From Adineta vaga (taxonomy: Eukaryota; Animalia; Rotifera): 64,000 nt of DNA. The number at the start of each line of letters is the position of its first letter. Position 1 is the stretch's first letter. The notes below the pieces were generated by a model. The model was not told the DNA's origin, did not search any database, and was given only the letters and a program-made list of their open reading frames with translations. The stretch lies in NCBI GenBank assembly GCA_021613535.1, contig CP075492.1, positions 18,290,001-18,354,000 on the forward strand, written 5' to 3'. Of the stretch, positions 24,427-39,133 are shown one piece after another. The position numbers and the translations under genes were made by a program.

Positions 24427-25418
24427 TTTAATAATTCGAATTATTGACAAATTTAAATCGAACTAAATAAATACATTTCCAATGTTATTTCAAGAAAGAA
24501 ATTTTTCTTACATGGTTCTCACTAGAATGTTAAAGGATAAGAAATGGAATGAAACTTGAAAAATGAAAATGACTTTTATCATAAGAAGATATTAGAATAT
24601 GCTTGAGAAAGTTTTGTAATTATTGAAAGAAATTATTTTTTCAAGGACTAATATGAAAATAATTATTACAGTAAAAAAACAATTAAAAATAAGTTCAATG
24701 AATGTATACACAATCTGTAGTCAAAACAATGGTTGCTAGATTGATGAATCTTTTTTTGTAACAAAATTTCTATAAACTTAGTTTGATATTCAATTCAATA
24801 TTATTTTACCAAATTTTAAATAAAAAGATACTTTATCTTATATGTTTCATACATTATTGAAGATATCATAGTATCGAAAATTTCCATAATTATAAGTCGT
24901 CATTTTTTTTCTCCACATATTTCTTTGTGTCGTTCAGCGTATATTATTTTGTTGAGATATGTTTATTGTAACTATAATGTTGTTTTAATTTTCACGCTAA
25001 ATTTAACTCGTAATTTGACATATTACTTCGTTTCTTAGTCTTCTATGTTCTGTTTAAATGATATTTTCATTTCAACAAAACAAAACACATTGACAACAAA
25101 GAATTGTATTTTATGTATGAAGGGTGTGGGTGTAGAAGGTTGTATCGTTTAACGTTCTAGATCCACATGAAGACCTCAGCTAGACTAGCTTGCAAAAAAA
25201 CAAATTCCCGAACTTTTCGATGAAGCTTCTGCAATGTTGGAATATATTTAATGAAAGCAAACAAGAAACAAATAATAAGAGAGTCAAAATAGAGTATCTT
25301 ATATATGTTTCATAATTTATATGTAGACAATAAATAAGTTCGGTGTATTGTATTTTAAAAACCACATGATAGTTAGATGGAGTAATCACATAGTGTAAGC
25401 GAAGAAAAAAGGAAATTA

Positions 25419-28400
25419 TCACCGATGAATTCGCCAACGTTCAATATTTAACGATTGTTTAAATGTTTTCATATATAATTTTGAAGGAAAAACAAATATT
25501 ATAAAGACAAGTACTGATGGAGTAAACGAAATAAAATAACCCAAGAGATATAACCACAAATATTCAGATATTTTAACGCATCCAGGAAGTGAGGCAATGA
25601 CTAAACGTGGCGATGATAAAGTAAGTAAAAGAATAGGACTAATTATTAATTGTTTATGTTCAATTAATTGTGCACGAACATGATCTATGTATTTTTGTTT
25701 ACCTTTTTGTGCTTTTGATCGTTGTCGAGCAGCACCAAAGATTATAATTAGAGCTGAACAGAGATTAGCAATAAATGGAACGATAAGATGAAAAAATAGA
25801 ATGAACGTATTATAATATTGAACAGAATGAGGATATTCAGTGATACATTGTATAGGTCGATATGATATTCCTTCATTAGTTCTATTCATAAAAGTTTGAT
25901 TTGATTCGTTTCTGCTTATTTCTGATGGGTACTCAAATGCTTTACGAAAGATCAGTTCATGAGTAAAAGTTCCCATGATAAAGAATGGTAAAATAAGAAT
26001 AATCCATCGAGCAATACGTTTGCTCTTCTTCTTATTGATATTTATACCTTTGTAAATGTGAAATGCTCGTTCAATAGCGACACAACCATTAAGCCAATTA
26101 TCCGAATATAGAAAAACTTTGAGCATCAGTTCAATAAACTTGCAACCTTTTTGAAAAACAGATAAACTAATCATCGATACATTCATTCGAGTAATAACTA
26201 GAAATCCAAATTTGATTGCAAACATAGTTATGGTTAAAAGAGAGGTTACAGAAGATGCTAGAAGATATAATCCACATCCAACTTGTTGTACGTCTTTACT
26301 TTTAAATGTTAGAAAAGAAAAGAAACTATTGATTAAACCTGCAATGAACATAATGATTGTTAGAACTGCACTGAATTTAATAGAAATTGATTGATCATTC
26401 AAAGGTTTATTCGAACGAAGTTCATCATGTAAAATATCATCTAAAGTTAAACCAATACTTTTAACATAAAAATTACATTGATCACCAACAATACAGCTAC
26501 TAAATTTTGGACCTATAGAAGTTCACAGTCAAATCGAAAATATCATTAGACTAATGAAGAAACTATACAGAGATATACTTACTAAAACGATTAAGACTAA
26601 TATTGTTTGGACCAGATATGAAAATCGAAAATTTTCCCATTGTATATGGATAATATGTCGTTACAACTAATATATATTTTGTATTGTTTTTAAGATTAGT
26701 AATAAATTTAAATTGATATTGATTACATGTGCCATCATGTTCAAAGCGTAAGTAATCTGATGTTTTAAGTGGATCGAAATCATTTTCATAAATATAACCG
26801 TATATATGAATATGACTTTCACTCCATAGAACATATATACCTGTTGTAATTACATTGATTTCTAAACTTTCATAATAACATTTTGGTATTCGACAATCTC
26901 GATAAAACATTGCTGTGTTAAAAGTAAATTCTGATGAATATTCTTGTTGAATATTAGCTAATGTTGCTATTTAAATAATAAAATATAAATATGTCATGTT
27001 TTATTATAAACATATTTAAGAAGAATTTTTCTTTAGATATTTCATAAACTTAAATTGAACTACTCAGATTTAATAGAAGAAAATCTAGTTAGATGATTGT
27101 ATTTAATACTAATCATATTATAACTAAAAACATATTTCACTTACTTTGATGCTTGATATTGATATCTTTCAAACCGAGGAAACTGAACGTGAATTCACCA
27201 TTATCTTCAGGAGAAGATGTTGTTACTATTAATATATACGTAGTGTTGACATAAAGAGGAATTCTAAGTTTAAATTGACGGTTAGTTTTACTAATATCAT
27301 CATTTTGTGCAAGTAAATTTTCATATGGAGCAAGTGGATTGAAATTGTTTTCATAGATGCAACCGTATAAATTAGTATTGGTATTACTACTACTGTATAT
27401 CGTGTAATAATAGGTCTCTGATACAGAGATTTCAAAAGCTTCATAATAAAATTTTTCAAAGTTGCAGCGTCGAAAATACATTTGACTAGTGAAAGTCATT
27501 GAGGATTGATATGGCATGTTAGTAATCGATGATGTATCTATATAATAATGAAAAATGAAATCAATCATTTTATGACTGGTCAAATGTTATTCTTATCTGT
27601 AATCTATATTAACGAGCGCAGTCTCTCACTTAATCATATATACAACTCGTTATAGAATCACAAAGTAAAATTAGATCTCATTGCAATCAAAGTTATACTT
27701 AATGAATCACGTATGTCGATTATGTTCAATTGATTATTTGTTTATACCCTTTTCACAAAGGACATCGCTTTCATTAATCATCAATCAGTTTTGAACAAAA
27801 TTCTCTTAATAAAATACAATTATTTTCATTGCTCAATGAATCTAACGTGAGTCTGATTTTACATGAAACTTACCACAAGTGTTTTCTAAGTATTGAAACT
27901 TTTGAATTCGATTATTCCCTTGATCTAGAACAAATATATTTCCAAAACGATCGAAACTAAGAATTGATGGAAATGATAATTGTGCAGAATGAATACTCTG
28001 TCCATAACAGCCAAGTAAACATCGAAAACCATATCGTCCTTCACCAATAATACGATGATTATTGCTGTCTACAATAAATAGATATTTCTGAGCATCTAAG
28101 GTGATACCACTTGGACAATCAAGTGTAATTGTTTCACTTGATAGAATACCACCTGCAATTGTTATACCATCCGATTCTCGTGGTACAAATAATTGAATTC
28201 GATTATTTCCACAATCTGCTACATATAAATTAAATTTTACTTCAACAAAAATTCCTTTAGGATGATCAAGTGTATTTGGTGCTGATCCTTTGCGATTTGA
28301 TCCAGCAACAATGGATGTAGCCATTTGATCATTATGCAACGGCCTTTTTATAACTTGATGATACTCAAATAATGAACAATATATATTATCTAATGGATCA

Positions 28401-31400
28401 ATAAAAAGCTGCCAACACGATGAAGGGACATGCATGGCAATAGAAGATTTATTTGCTTTCAGCATCCATTTTTGTACTTGACGATTACTATTCCCATTAT
28501 CAATATAAACAGCATCATTCATTGTAACAAAAATGGATGCTGGATTAGAGAAATTACTAGAAAAGCTTTCTATTGAATCGTAGTTATTATTACGCCATAT
28601 TAAAAGTTCATTTCTTTCTGAATGAATGGAATAAACGGAATCCTTTGCATCAATAGCCATAGTGCGAGGCTGAGAACCTAATATTGTTTCATTAGCAAAT
28701 GTAAATCCATCACGACGCCAAATAGCTGTTGAACAAAACTTCGGTTGATTGGGAACTATATCTATAAATATGAGAAAGAATATAATCAATATTTTATTAT
28801 AGAGAAATTACTATCAGTTACGATGACACTTATAAATTATATAAAATCCAATCGATATTTTCTCATTTATTTCTATTTCAAGAATTTATTCCTCAAGGAG
28901 AAATTGAGTGTTTGAAATAAGTCAGTAGAATATTTTTATTCGTCCTTTATTCTTTTCAGATACTATAGGTATGTTATTTAGAGACATTTAGGTTCTTCTC
29001 TTTCATTTAATAGAAGTAAAAATGCCCAAAAAAATTCGATTATTGTAGAGTTAGAAATTTGATATTCTTGCCTTACCTGATAGAAAACTAATAAAACTGC
29101 TACTCTTCATCAGTCTTGTTCATCATTACCTTTTAAGCTGTCATCCTTATTCGCTCATTCAATAGCAAATATAAACACAATATTATACAGATAAGTTAAT
29201 CTTTAATTCTTTATAAGACTTCTTAAATATTTATACTATTGTACTACCTTCAAAGTATTTGAGTTCTTCGATTATTTTCGACTTACCACAAGAACTTTCT
29301 ATGAACAGAAACTTTTGAATCAAATGATTCTCATAATCACGAATAAATATATTGCCAAAACGATCGAAACTAAAACCAATTGAATACAACAACTGGTTTG
29401 ATTGCCAGCCCAATCCATAGCATCCAACTAAACAACGAAAACCATATAACCCTTCGCCAATAATACGATGATTCAACCTATCCACAATAAATAAATACTT
29501 CTGAGCATCTAATATAACTGCTCTGGGACAATCAAGTAAAATTGTTCGACTTGATAAATTACCACCAACGACTGTGATTCCATTGGATTCTCTTAATGGA
29601 AATAACTGAATTCGATCATTGACACAGTCTGTGACATATAAATCGAAATTAACATCAACAAAAATGCCGCCAGGTGTATTGAGTTTATCCGATGCAGATC
29701 CAGGAACACCCATTCCAGCAACAGAAATCGGTTTCATTTCAAGATCATGTAATGACTTTTTCACCACTTCATGCTCTTTATTCATTGAACAATATAAACT
29801 ATCATTGACATCGACAAAGAGACTATAACAGTTCGAGCGAAAATTCATGACAGTGACAAATGTCTCATTCTTTGCTATCCATTTTTGTATTCGATCCTTC
29901 TTAGTATTATCATTGATATAAATATCGCCATTTTGTGTAACGAATATTGAAGAAGGATTCGAGAAATTGCCTGAGATTATTTTAGTTGGCATAGTACTAT
30001 TTTCATTCCATATCAAAATCTGTCTTCTCTGTCGATGAACGACATAGATTGTATTATTTGTATTGATGAACATGGTGGTAGGATATCTACCGACTACTGA
30101 CTCATTAGCAAAAGTGATTGCAGTTCGATCCCAAGTTGCTGTCGGACAAAGCTTTAATTGATTAGAAGAATTAACTAAAAAGAATAAAAGAAAGTCTTGA
30201 TCAAATTAGCCTGTTCAAAAACAATTAATAATTCTATAATATGAAACATTCAATTCTAAAATCATTGTACAATATTACAATAAAAAATAAGTTTAAAATC
30301 TTTTTCTTTGTTTCTCGATAGAAAGATCCCATAATTATATTTGACATAGTTTCGATATATCATGGAAAAATCTGTTAGGCAATAAGCAAACAAGTTCAGT
30401 TTAGTGGAAAAATTATTTTCAAGAACTTATTTTTCTGGAAGAATAAATGAATACTTAGAGGACAATATGCAATTGATAGCATACATTTGTTTTTTTTACA
30501 AATATCTATCTATTTCTTTTCTGAAATATTCTATTTCACAGAGAAAAATTTACATGTGTTATTTTAAATCTTTTGTGTACAGAATGGATGTATACTTCGT
30601 GTCAGTGCTGATGCCAATTAATCAGCTTAATTCATGTAAAAAGACAGTTTTAATTTTTCCAATCAATATCGAGACAAACTAATTTTCACATATTTTTCAA
30701 TTCACAAAGTCATAATCCCGTTTTACAGAACCATTGTTTTTTTGTTTTTATAACTGAAAATCTTTTTCTTTATTCGTAGTATGCATTGTCTCATGTTTAC
30801 GCAGTGACTATTTACCCTATCCCACGAGAAAAAAAAGGCAAAAAAAACTGTCAGTGACCGCAGTTAAGGAGAACCACGGTTTGAGGCGGTATTTGACATC
30901 TTTATTAATGGTTTGATTCCCGCTACTAAAAAAACGCCAAAAACCGCATTTTGAAATACCGCTTCAAAACACCATTATTCATGAACAATAGGATCCACAT
31001 AGAATCCGGTTGTTGCAACCCAGTCACCCTCCCCCAAGAGGAGTTGCCCTTCGAGGGGCGATGTGAGAACTTTACAAGTCCCATTAGACTCCTTTCATTT
31101 CTCAAAGATAGAGCCACACAAAAAGATTTGTGCAAAAAGTTACGAAAAAGCAGGACACGACATCTTCTAAGTCACTACACATTGAGTTTTTGATTGATAT
31201 ACCGCGTTCATAAATTAGTACCTCACGGTTTAATCAAAACGCGGTTATTGTCATCCACGCCACGATTTTCAAAAACCGCTAAAAACCACAGTATAAGAAA
31301 ATCGCGGCTTCTGACAGGTATACTGCAGTTTAGAAAAACGATAATAACCGTAGTACACGAAAACCGCGGTTATTGATTTCTACACTGCGGTATACAAAAT

Positions 31401-32446
31401 CGCTCACAACCTCAATATATGAAATCGCGGTTATTGACATCTTCACCGGGGTATATATAATCGCTCATAACCCCAATATATGAAACCGCTGATATCAGCG
31501 GTTTTGCTAAAAAAAATTTTTCGTGGGTACACACCATATTACGTACTTTTCAACTTACCACAAGAACTGTCTTGGAACAGAAACTTTTGAATGCGACTAT
31601 TACCAGTGTCGCCAACAAATATATTACCAGAACGATCGAAACTAAGAGCAAACGGACGCACCAACTGGTTTGATTGCGAGCCCAATCCATAGCATCCAAC
31701 TAAACAACGAAAACCATATAACCCTTCGCCAATAATACGATGATTCAACCTATCCACAATAAATAAATACTTCTGAGCATCTAATATAACTGCTCTGGGA
31801 CAATCAAGTAAAATTGTTCGACTTGATAAATTACCACCAACGACTGTGATTCCATTGGATTCTCTTAATGGAAATAACTGAATTCGATCATTGACACAGT
31901 CTGTGACATATAAATCGAAATTAACATCAACAAAAATGCCGCCAGGTTTACTGAGTTCATCCGATGCAGATCCTGGAGTACCTATTCCAGCAACAGGAAT
32001 CGGTTTCATTTCAAGATCATGTAATGACTTTTTCACCACTACATGCTCGTCATTGATTGAACAATATAAACTATCATTGACATCGACAAAGAGACCATAA
32101 CATGACGAATTCATATTCATGACCGTGGTAAATGTCTCATTCTTTGATATCCATCTCTGTACTCGCTCATGCTCGGCAGCATTATTGATATAAATATCGC
32201 CATTTTGTGTAACGAAGATTGACGGAGAATCCGAGAAGTTGCCTGAGATCATCTTAGTTGGCATAGTACTATTTTCATCCCATATCAAAATCTGTCTTCT
32301 CTGTCGATGAACGACATAGATTGTATTATTTGTATTGATGAACATGGCGGCAGGATATCCACCGACTACTAGTTGGTCGGCAAACGTGATTGCAGTTCGA
32401 TCCCAAGCTGCTGTTGGACAAAATTTTGGTAGGTTGAGCGCAAAGG
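25419..32446 (-). CDS. Modular receptor: 3 NHL beta-propeller exons + 2 PPC-like exons + rhodopsin-like 7TM exon (~1510 aa; first exon not identified)
   Basis: Exons 31559-32446, 29287-30174, 27874-28761 (each 888 nt), 27145-27537, 26583-26966, 25419-26512; all junctions GTAAG..AG phase 1 and in frame. NHL motifs (LYVADCGNNRIQ); 7TM with CVAIER. Confidence 0.85.
30821..31527. mobile_element. Non-autonomous DNA element (MITE-like) in the intron between NHL exons
   Basis: Termini CCCACGAGAAAA / TTTTTCGTGGG; many internal AACCGC/GCGGTT motifs; no clear TSD. Confidence 0.6.
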
Positions 32447-33681
32447 CTAGAAGAAAATAAAAAATAGATGGTTACCTTGGAAAATCGCAAATTAGAACTA
32501 TAATTTTTAATTTTGAAGAGTTCTTTTAAATATTATATAAAACATATCTTCTGACATATTTCTATCCATTGTACTCATAGTTTTCTTATCTGGTCGGTAA
32601 CGCTATATAAAAAAAAAGGCTTATTCATGGGAACATAAGGAATAAAATGTCTTAGTGACATTATTAAAGGCGTGTAAAATTAAGTAAGTTCAATCTTCTG
32701 GTTGGAGACATTTTCTTCTTGAATTTTGAATTAGAAAAAGTTCACACTGTTTCTTACTATCATTATATGAAAAATAGATAAAATCTTTTGATTAACACTT
32801 GAGAGCTTTTACTTGAGATGAATGAAGTTGTACATAGAACCTCAGAGAAATTTGAAAAAGTTTTGATCCTCATCCTATAACATGTTTTTTATCATTATAA
32901 ATTTGAACATCGATGCAAATATGATATCGATTTCCAATTTATACTTATTATCTAATTAGATTATTGCACAAGGATATACGGCATTAGTGGTTTAGGGCTT
33001 CAGCGGCGTAAGACTTAGACTGCTTAGAGCACTAAACCGCTAAGCTATACCACTTAGACCGCACATCAGTCATTTATCTACAAAACTATTTTGCCGCAAA
33101 ATCATGTTTACCTAATGTTGGATTAACAAAGTTCAGAAGAATACCGGTGAATATGTGGAATTTCCACGTAGTTGACAAGATTTTCTTTGGTAACTCTAAT
33201 GCTTGATATTGATGAGAAATCATATTATCACCTAATCATATGTATCTTGTTTGGTAAAAAATGACATCAGTCATTTATTTCCTGCCAATTTACAGGTCTC
33301 GTTTTTTCTCTATATTTATTTTAAGAAACGTGATTAAAGAAAAGATAATACGTTTTCCCGAAAATTTTCTTTTTGTATTTAAATAGTGTAAGAACTTGAT
33401 TAGTTTGCGTGAAAGATTGAACCGAATCTCATTAAATTCGAAAATAATTGACATGTTTCGTCTTCAGGATTGGAGTTCGTCAAAACGTCGATGAATAATC
33501 GTGGAAGTTTTATATCAAAACAGGGCATTCATTTTCTTCGTCAATAGAAGATTAACGTAAGCATTCATTTGAGTTATTTATTAAACTTTGATAAATATCT
33601 CTTTTGTCATGACTTGTCTTTAATCACGTTCTTTATTTTTATTTTATTTTTATGTATTTACGCAGATATTGAGGATGTGAA

Positions 33682-34050
33682 GTGTGGGTGAGGTTGTGGA
33701 AGATTGTATCATTTAACGTTGTAAATCCACACCCTAAAACAAGTGAAAAATAATTGAAAAAAAGTGCCACAGATTCGGAATAAATCCGAAATGTATGGTG
33801 ACTTTGTCCCCAGATTATATTGATTATATTTTGCTATCACTACGAGTCTCAGAAAAAAATAATTATTTACGCAGTTTATAGAGTTCTTGATCAAGTTTGT
33901 TTTTAGGCAACAGATAAAATTACGTATATTTGCGCACTTATATTTTTCGCTGTTGAAATCAATACCTTATTTATGATTGATTTTTTTCTCATGTTCTCAT
34001 CACAACTTCGTATCTTTATATTAACGACTGCAGAAGCGCCTATATATATA
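33682..34050 (+). repeat. Duplicate of the upstream region of the 40164 gene (matches 39568-39620 plus 39807-40119)
   Basis: Near-identical by direct comparison, with ~186 bp missing; ends at the TATA-like run with no CDS after it. Confidence 0.9.
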
Positions 34051-34804
34051 TACACGTATATACAATATCATCATTATTTTCAAGTGTAGATTGTTCAACA
34101 ATATTTTTTCTTCTTTGTGTTTTCATCATTCTTGAGGGTGTGGGTGGGGTGTGGTTAATACACTTCCCTTCACCCACACCCACACCCACACATTCAGAGC
34201 AAGATCCGCAAAAAATACCGGAAAAGGACTTGGCTGTTTAAGAGGTGTGCTCAGTAAAAGTCAATTTTCTCAGCGAAGAAAAACAATTTCAAAAATTTGG
34301 ATGTATACTTTTGAAGAGGGGCATCCGGCAAATCGAACCACGTCAAAATATTGCTTTTAGATGCTTAAGAAAAAGTGGTGTTAGGTTTGCCAGATCGGTT
34401 CGGGTTTTTTAGTCGTGCCTGTTTCGGGTCCTTTGAAAAACCCAGTTCTCATTCTGGTACTTTCAAACTTAGTTTTTCAGATTTAGTTTTCAATTCTGAA
34501 TCTGAAAAACTTGGTTTCGAGATGCGAAACTCAAAAGGAAACAGACTAGCGCCATTTGTTTGAAAACTTGATTTTGTCACTTTTTAGAGTAGTCCGAAGT
34601 TTTTGGATTTTTTCGATCGAAAAAAAGTTTTCAAAAAACGTAAAAGACACATATTCGTGATCAGCGTCAAATTCTCTATCGGATAGGCTAAAAAACGGCA
34701 AATATGTTTATTCGCTACATTTTTGCTTTATGTGCATCTTACTTTGATCTTTATCTTTGCTTCTATTTTCTGTTATTATCAATGAAAACACGTGCGTGCG
34801 ATGG

Positions 34805-35018
34805 GTGTGAAGCTAACACCACGAGGTTAGCATAAAACAAGTATTTAGCTAAAAATGATCTTTAGAAGTTTTGCCCGTCGATAAAAACTAGTTCATTCGA
34901 TTCAGAACTGAATTCTGCATTGAATGGTAATAGTTTATCGACGGGCAAAACTTCTAAAGACCATTTTTAGGTAAATATTTGTTTTTCGTGCTAACTTCGT
35001 GATTCTAGCTTCACACCG
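34805..35018. repeat. Imperfect ~210-bp palindrome, MITE-like
   Basis: GGTGTGAAGCTA...CTTTAGAAGTTTTGCCCGTCGATAAA mirrored by TTTATCGACGGGCAAAACTTCTAAAG...TAGCTTCACACC. Confidence 0.85.
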
Positions 35019-36039
35019 ATGCATATAACTCATCTTTCGACAAATTTCAGTCAGTAATGAATATAGAGATAAGTTCTAATAATTGATATGCGGTCAGTAT
35101 AAAAAGAATAGTTTTTATACTGATTTTTACAAAAGAAATACGTTGGATACAATAAAAAAATAAAGAATAGCATTTAAAAGGATTGCTGTTGCTTTATCTG
35201 TCAATATATAAATTTTATTGAGAACCAAAGATTTCTATTTTTTTCTCTTCTTAATTTTTTGATGTGTCCAAGTAATATCGCAAATAGGTCGAAAAACAAT
35301 TTGAATCTGATGAAAGACACCTGTACAGGTGAATAAAAAAGGAAGTGAAATATCAAAAGAAAATATCTTTGTATTTATATTACGTTTGACGTCATCTATT
35401 CGTTATCGTTTTTATACATCAATCATTAAAAATAAGAATATTATTCAATCTTACTGCTCGTATTTTCTAGAAATTCCTTTAAATAAATCTCTTCAAGTGA
35501 ACTTATTAGAAAAAAATATAAGTTCTGCTTTGTATACAATAATGATATTATAGTTATTGCTTTATTTCAGATTATTGTCGTCTCTCTTAAACACTGAACT
35601 ATTCTAAAAGTATTTACTGAAATGATTTTAGAATGAATAATACATACTACATTTTCAATCAAACGATATATCTTACATCACGGACTAGAGTCCAATTTTA
35701 TTGCGTCATAGTTACAGACGACATTTTTCACAATCAACTATGATATTGCACCATCATTATAAGATAATTATCATTACATTATATGTGTTCATACCTGTCA
35801 ATTTTTTGATATGATTTAGTATGTATAGGCGTTTTTCAATAATTAATGATGGAGAAAAAACCATATCTTATGAAAAGAATTGGTTTTTTCCCTATCATTA
35901 CCATCAATAATTTATTACTCATGCACATGAAAGGGTGGAGTGGGCCTTATCTTATAATGAGGAAGTACGTATTGGCTATATAAGACAGTGAGCAGAAACA
36001 GGGAGCAGTTATAGTTGCATATATAATTTTACTAAGGCG

Positions 36040-39000
36040 ATGATTCTTACTCGTATCAGCTTGATGATGTTTTTCATCGTCATTTCAACAAATATAGGCG
36101 CTTTACCAACAGTAAAAGTTAGTACGAACAAATACAGATTAATATTTCATACATAATCGATGTTTTTATTAAGAAATCATCAGAAACTGGAGATTCATTA
36201 GGCAATACAGGTAAGTTGAAAACTAAACATAAACTGAATTCTTTTCTTATGATCTGAAGGAACGATAGTTGAAGATGATATACTCATTCCACGCACAAGA
36301 GAGGTAAGCTCAATCATGACAATAAATGACAAAAATAGTTATCATTGTTTTTCTTTGTCCTTTAACAAAAAGAAACGTGCAATTGCAACTCGTGCTGGTG
36401 GTTCACGTTGGACGAATGGAATTGTTCCATATGAAATATCATCAGTATACAGTATGTTTTCTTTTAATTATAGAACCATCCTGTAAGTACCTGCTTATTT
36501 GTTTTGTTTTCTCTATAGCATCTGAACAACAAACAATAATCACCAATGCAATGCGAAAAATAGAAAATTTAACAGCTATTCAAGGTGCATATTGTGTTCG
36601 ATTTCGACCAAGAATATCATCTGATCCATATTATACGAAAATAGAAAATGGACAAGGTTGTCACTCTGATGTACGTTACATTCATAACAATAAATTTCTA
36701 ATTTTTATTATGTTTTGTTGATTCATTTTTCAGATTGGACAGCCATTACCACCTAATGTTAACCATACGATTTCATTTGCTATTTCAGAATGTCTTTACG
36801 AAGTAGTACTTATACATGAATTATTACATACATTAGGTAAATTTCATCTAATCTTATTATTTCAATTATAGATAAAGATTCAAATTGTTCTTGTGTAGGT
36901 TAGATAAATATCTTTAGAAAAAAATATCTGAATGAACACGCATTATTTCCATAATAAAAGATTTTTTTTGATAATTGAGGTAGATTTCATGTGAAAAGAA
37001 TACCTACTGATGAGCCCTATGTTCTTTGCTATCATTACTGACATGTGTATAATTTTTTCGCGTTCAAATAGGTTTCTCACACGAACAGCAACGACCAGAT
37101 CGTGATTCATATGTTCGAATTAATTTGGACAACATAAATTCACGTAAGAAATATCTTTCTCAAATAAAGATTCCTATTTTCTTTTGCATTCTCAGCCTAT
37201 CTGGGTGACTATAAGAAGAAGGATGATATGCTGGTTGATACTCTAAATACAACATATGATTTTAAATCTATAATGCATTATCAAGGTACTGAGTTTTCTA
37301 AAAATGGTTTACCAACAATGGAATCAATTCCACCAAATATTACGATGGGATCGAAATCTAATCTAAGTGCAACTGACATTCGAGGAATTCAGATTTACTA
37401 TGGTTGCTCAGCAGCTGGCCCATCTACTCCAAAAGGTAAAATATCAACTTCTTTCGATTATTTTATCTCAAAAACTCGCCAATCCTTACCATGCGTTTTG
37501 ATATATACATATATACATACAAAATTGTCAAGTGAGAAAAAATAGTTTGAAGAAACTTTAATCTAATTCGATTCATTTGCTTCTGTTTTGGTAGCATATA
37601 GATAACAGAAACTATCTTTATTAATCTATGAAAATAAAAATTTTGAAATTTTACTTTTTCATTTCGATAGCAAATTCAAATACTTCCATTTATTCGGGTG
37701 TATTGACAAATAATAGTTCATATTATTCTCGTCCGAACGCTGCATCAGGAAAGTATTACTATGATGTCATCAAAATAGCATTTTATGCCTATGGTAGTTA
37801 TACTATTGTGAGCAATAGCAGTATTGACACATATGGCTACTTATATTTGGATGATTTTGATTCGGTCAATTCATCTGTTCCAGCTCTAAGTAATGATAAT
37901 AGCAATGGCAATGGTCAGTTTCGTCTGGCATTCACAACTTATGCTAATGTTCTTATGTATCTGGTGGTTACAACAAACGCTGCAGAAGTGACAGGACCAT
38001 TCTCGATTCTAGGAACTGGTCCAGCTCCTGTGGCTTTTGCTCAAATCCGCACTTCGACGATCACTACTACTAAGCCTACAACAACCACTACCACTACTAC
38101 TCAGTCTACCACAACCACAAAAACAACAACAACATCAACGACGACCACCACCACGAAAACAACAACATCTACAAATACAGTATCATCATATTGTCCTATT
38201 CCATCGATGAATGCTCAATGGAACCGAAATAGTACTATTTTTATAAATCCTCTTGGTCAATGTCTTTCAAATAGTACTGGACTTTGTAAAGCACAAGATT
38301 TATATATTGATAATATTCATAATACTCTCTATGTTGTTGATACAGATAATAATCGAATACAAAAATATTCATTAAATGAAACATTTAATCCTCAACAAGG
38401 TGCAATTGGTCTAACTGTTGCTTCAAAAGGTCTTATACAACCACAAAGTATATTTATTAATAGTCAGACAGAAGATATGTATATATTAGATCATGGAAGA
38501 AAAGTAACAGCATTAACATATGATGAAACCTATCGTGTTCAATTATGGAAAAAAAGTGATCAAATTGGAATTATATTATTAAGTGAAGTAGGAGAATATG
38601 GATTTGGAATGTATTCATCATATTTAACATTAGATAAAGAAATGAATATTTATGTTGGAACAAGACATTATATAAGAAAATGGTTATCATCAACTAATTA
38701 TACCCAACGAATAATTGTAGCAGGAAAAAATGATGGAGCGGCAAGAGGACCAAGTGATTTATGGGATCCATATAATTTTTTTATTAATAATGATTTAACA
38801 TTATTTATTGCTGATTGGCAAAATAAACGAATTCAAAAATGGTTATTTAATGCAACTGAAGGTATTACAATTTTAAATAATTTAACATATATTTATGGAT
38901 TAACGATGGGTTGTAATGGATATCTTTATTATACAGATGTTTATGAACAATCTGTTTTTCAATTAAATTTAACAAATAATGAAAAAATAAGAATCATTGG

Positions 39001-39133
39001 TGATGAACAGTATATTCCTCCTAATAAATTATTTTTTCCAACAATAATGAAATTTGATAAATTTGGTAATATTTTTCTTATTGATGTTGGTAATGGATAT
39101 CAAATACGAAAATTCTCAATTATACAAAAATAA
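36040..39133 (+). CDS. Secreted astacin metalloprotease fused to PPC-like domain, Thr-rich linker and NHL propeller (about 9 exons)
   Basis: Signal peptide MILTRISLMMFFIVIS; spliced HELLHTLG|FSHEQQRPDRD zinc motif; SIMHY Met-turn; large last exon 37671-39133. Confidence 0.88.

Noticed and set aside
29619-32100. Duplicated 69-aa plus-strand ORFs
   Set aside because: Antisense shadows of the duplicated NHL exons.
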